A DNA stretch of 64,000 nucleotides from positions 35,342,001 to 35,406,000 of the forward strand of contig NC_087447.1 in the NCBI RefSeq assembly GCF_036321535.1. Direction: 5' to 3'. The notes below the pieces were generated by a model, which was not told where the DNA came from, did no database searches, and saw only the letters and a program-made list of their open reading frames with translations. Of this stretch, positions 62,061 to 64,000 are shown in pieces. Source of the DNA: Camelus dromedarius. Taxonomy: Eukaryota. A program made the translations under genes and the position numbers. The number at the start of each line of letters is the position of its first letter. The stretch's first letter is position 1.

Positions 62061-64000
62061 GTAAGCACTCTCCATATTTCTGCATTGAACTCTTATAAAA
62101 TGAGTCTATAAAATTATTTGTAAATTCTTCAGAAGTGCACTACAGAAATTTTTAAGCACTTAAATTTCTAAAATATTGTTCAATTCTATCAAGTAGGCAA
62201 AGGATACAAACAATATACATAAGAGGAGATGCAAATAACTAATAAAGAAATGGAGGAAAGATTCACTTCATAGATTTGGGAGAAGCAAGTTTTGATTTTA
62301 TTAGATAAAATATTACAATTTAATGATATTTAATGATACATTAACAATATATTAAATGATATACAGTGCAATAGCAAAGATTCAAAAATTATACTGCTCC
62401 CTACCATCAAAGCTTCAATGCATTTGGCATTTAAATACACCTTTGGTGTGAGGGAAAATTGGTGCAATGTGTAGGAAAACAATCTGGTAATATATATTGT
62501 GAGTCTTAAAATGTTCACATATTTTTACCCAGTAATTCCACTTCCATAAATCTGTCTTAAAGAAATAAGGCTCCGTTATCAGAACATGAATATTTACTGA
62601 GTACCTGCCAAGTGGAGGGTGCCCTGCCAGTTACGAGGGATGCAGACCGGAATAAAGTAGACATAGTGTCAGCTCTTACAGTGTGAATAGTCTAGTGGAG
62701 AAGACAGACACTAAACAAATAATTGTAGTCAATAAATAATTACATGTGTGTAAACTGAACTGAAAGAGGAGTACCATATACTATGATATCATTGACCTGG
62801 GAGACAATCTAGTTTAAGTGCTTAGGGACACAAAGATTTATTTATAGAAGCTAAGAATTATAAACAAACTACTTAAGGTATGGGACTGGTTAAATTATGC
62901 TACTAGAAAATCATTGGGGTTAACTCTGTGGGCTCTGTAGGCAAACCACCTGAGTTCAGATCCTCGCTCTGTCACTTACTGACTGTGTGACTGTGGGTAA
63001 ATTAATTAATTTCTCTGTGCTTCATCTTATCATCTATAAAGTGAGAACCCTACCTACCTGATAGGGTCATTGTGAGAACTAATAAAGTTAATATATGTAA
63101 AGTGCTTAGGGTAGTTCAGAGTAAATTATCAATAAGTGTTAGCTATTTATAAATGAACTTTATATATATATGCTATGCTATGAAGTAGACATTTGAAAAT
63201 AATATTTCAAAGAATTAAAAATTCTAAATATAAACAAATAGTCTCGAAGAGTCTGTGATAAAATCATCAGTTCTTTTTAACCAAGCACCTCAGTCCCACT
63301 ACCTAGAGGCAACCTCTTTTAACTATCTCTGCTCTTTAGTTCTTTTGGTGATGATTTTATAATATCTAAAAGTTGTTCTGATCTCTCTCTTTGCATTGTC
63401 AGTTTATATGATATTTATTTACTCTATATTGTGAAAGATACTGATACCACCTCCATCTCTTCTCCCTCTACTCCTCCCCAAATTTGATGATTACATGATT
63501 ATTTTAAGCTCTTCTACTGATTATCTTTGAGTCTTTAAATAGCATACCTACATTTCTTCCATCAACTTTCTTTTTTATTTTATTTTTAATCAGTGGATAC
63601 TTGTGCATGGTTTAAAAAGTCAAACCCATATTATAAAGTTTATAAAGAAAACAGCAGTCTTCTGCTTCATCTCTCTTCATCCCTAAACTCCATTTAGTTT
63701 GTGGACCTAGGTGCAGAGGGTTTTTGTTGACCTAGGTGCAGAGGGTTGAGCTAATCATACTGCTTATGTCATGTGGACACTGTCCTCTTTGATGTATACA
63801 GCTTCCTCCTGTTTCATTCAATCTCCATTTCTCTCTTCTGACAGGCAACTACTCAGATGTGTTTGAGCTGTGAATGCCATTGAATTATTTTTTTATGTTA
63901 CTTAGATGTTGAGTTTTTGCATGTGCATGTATTGGTAATTTATATAAAGGTTATTGTACAATACACATTTCATTTACTCAGCACTATGTTCTTAAGACCT

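Noticed and set aside
1..64000. CRISPR arrays, rRNA or tRNA genes, operon-like systems
   Set aside because: None seen; the sequence is intron-containing mammalian DNA and its periodic tracts are simple repeats without spacers

Overview
Mammalian genomic DNA, not prokaryotic. Three known genes lie on the + strand in the conserved order SAA3 - SAAL1 - TPH1. (1) An intact serum amyloid A3-type gene: 4 exons, 130 aa, NF-kB/C-EBP promoter. (2) Complete SAAL1: 12 coding exons, 473 aa, CpG-island promoter, one GC-AG intron. (3) The promoter, non-coding exon 1 and first coding exon of TPH1; the rest lies beyond the window. The remainder is rich in L1, L2, MIR, MLT/ERV LTR and MER-type relics. I saw no Alu, Bov-A, PRE1 or Can-SINE copies, and a young L1 tail resembles camelid L1 as I recall it, so a cetartiodactyl, possibly a camelid, is inferred but not verified. 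The most unusual observation is in the apparently intergenic SAAL1-TPH1 interval (~38.2-49.6 kb). It holds a chain of about 20 splice-site-bounded blocks on the + strand whose intron phases mostly link up and whose translations look protein-like, but which carry stops, frameshifts and damaged splice sites. This looks like a decayed multi-exon gene (unitary pseudogene) that I cannot name. Its 3' part resembles the start of a myosin motor domain, and its 5' part may interleave with the last SAAL1 exon. All coordinates were read by eye, repeat boundaries and family names are approximate, and protein comparisons are from memory.
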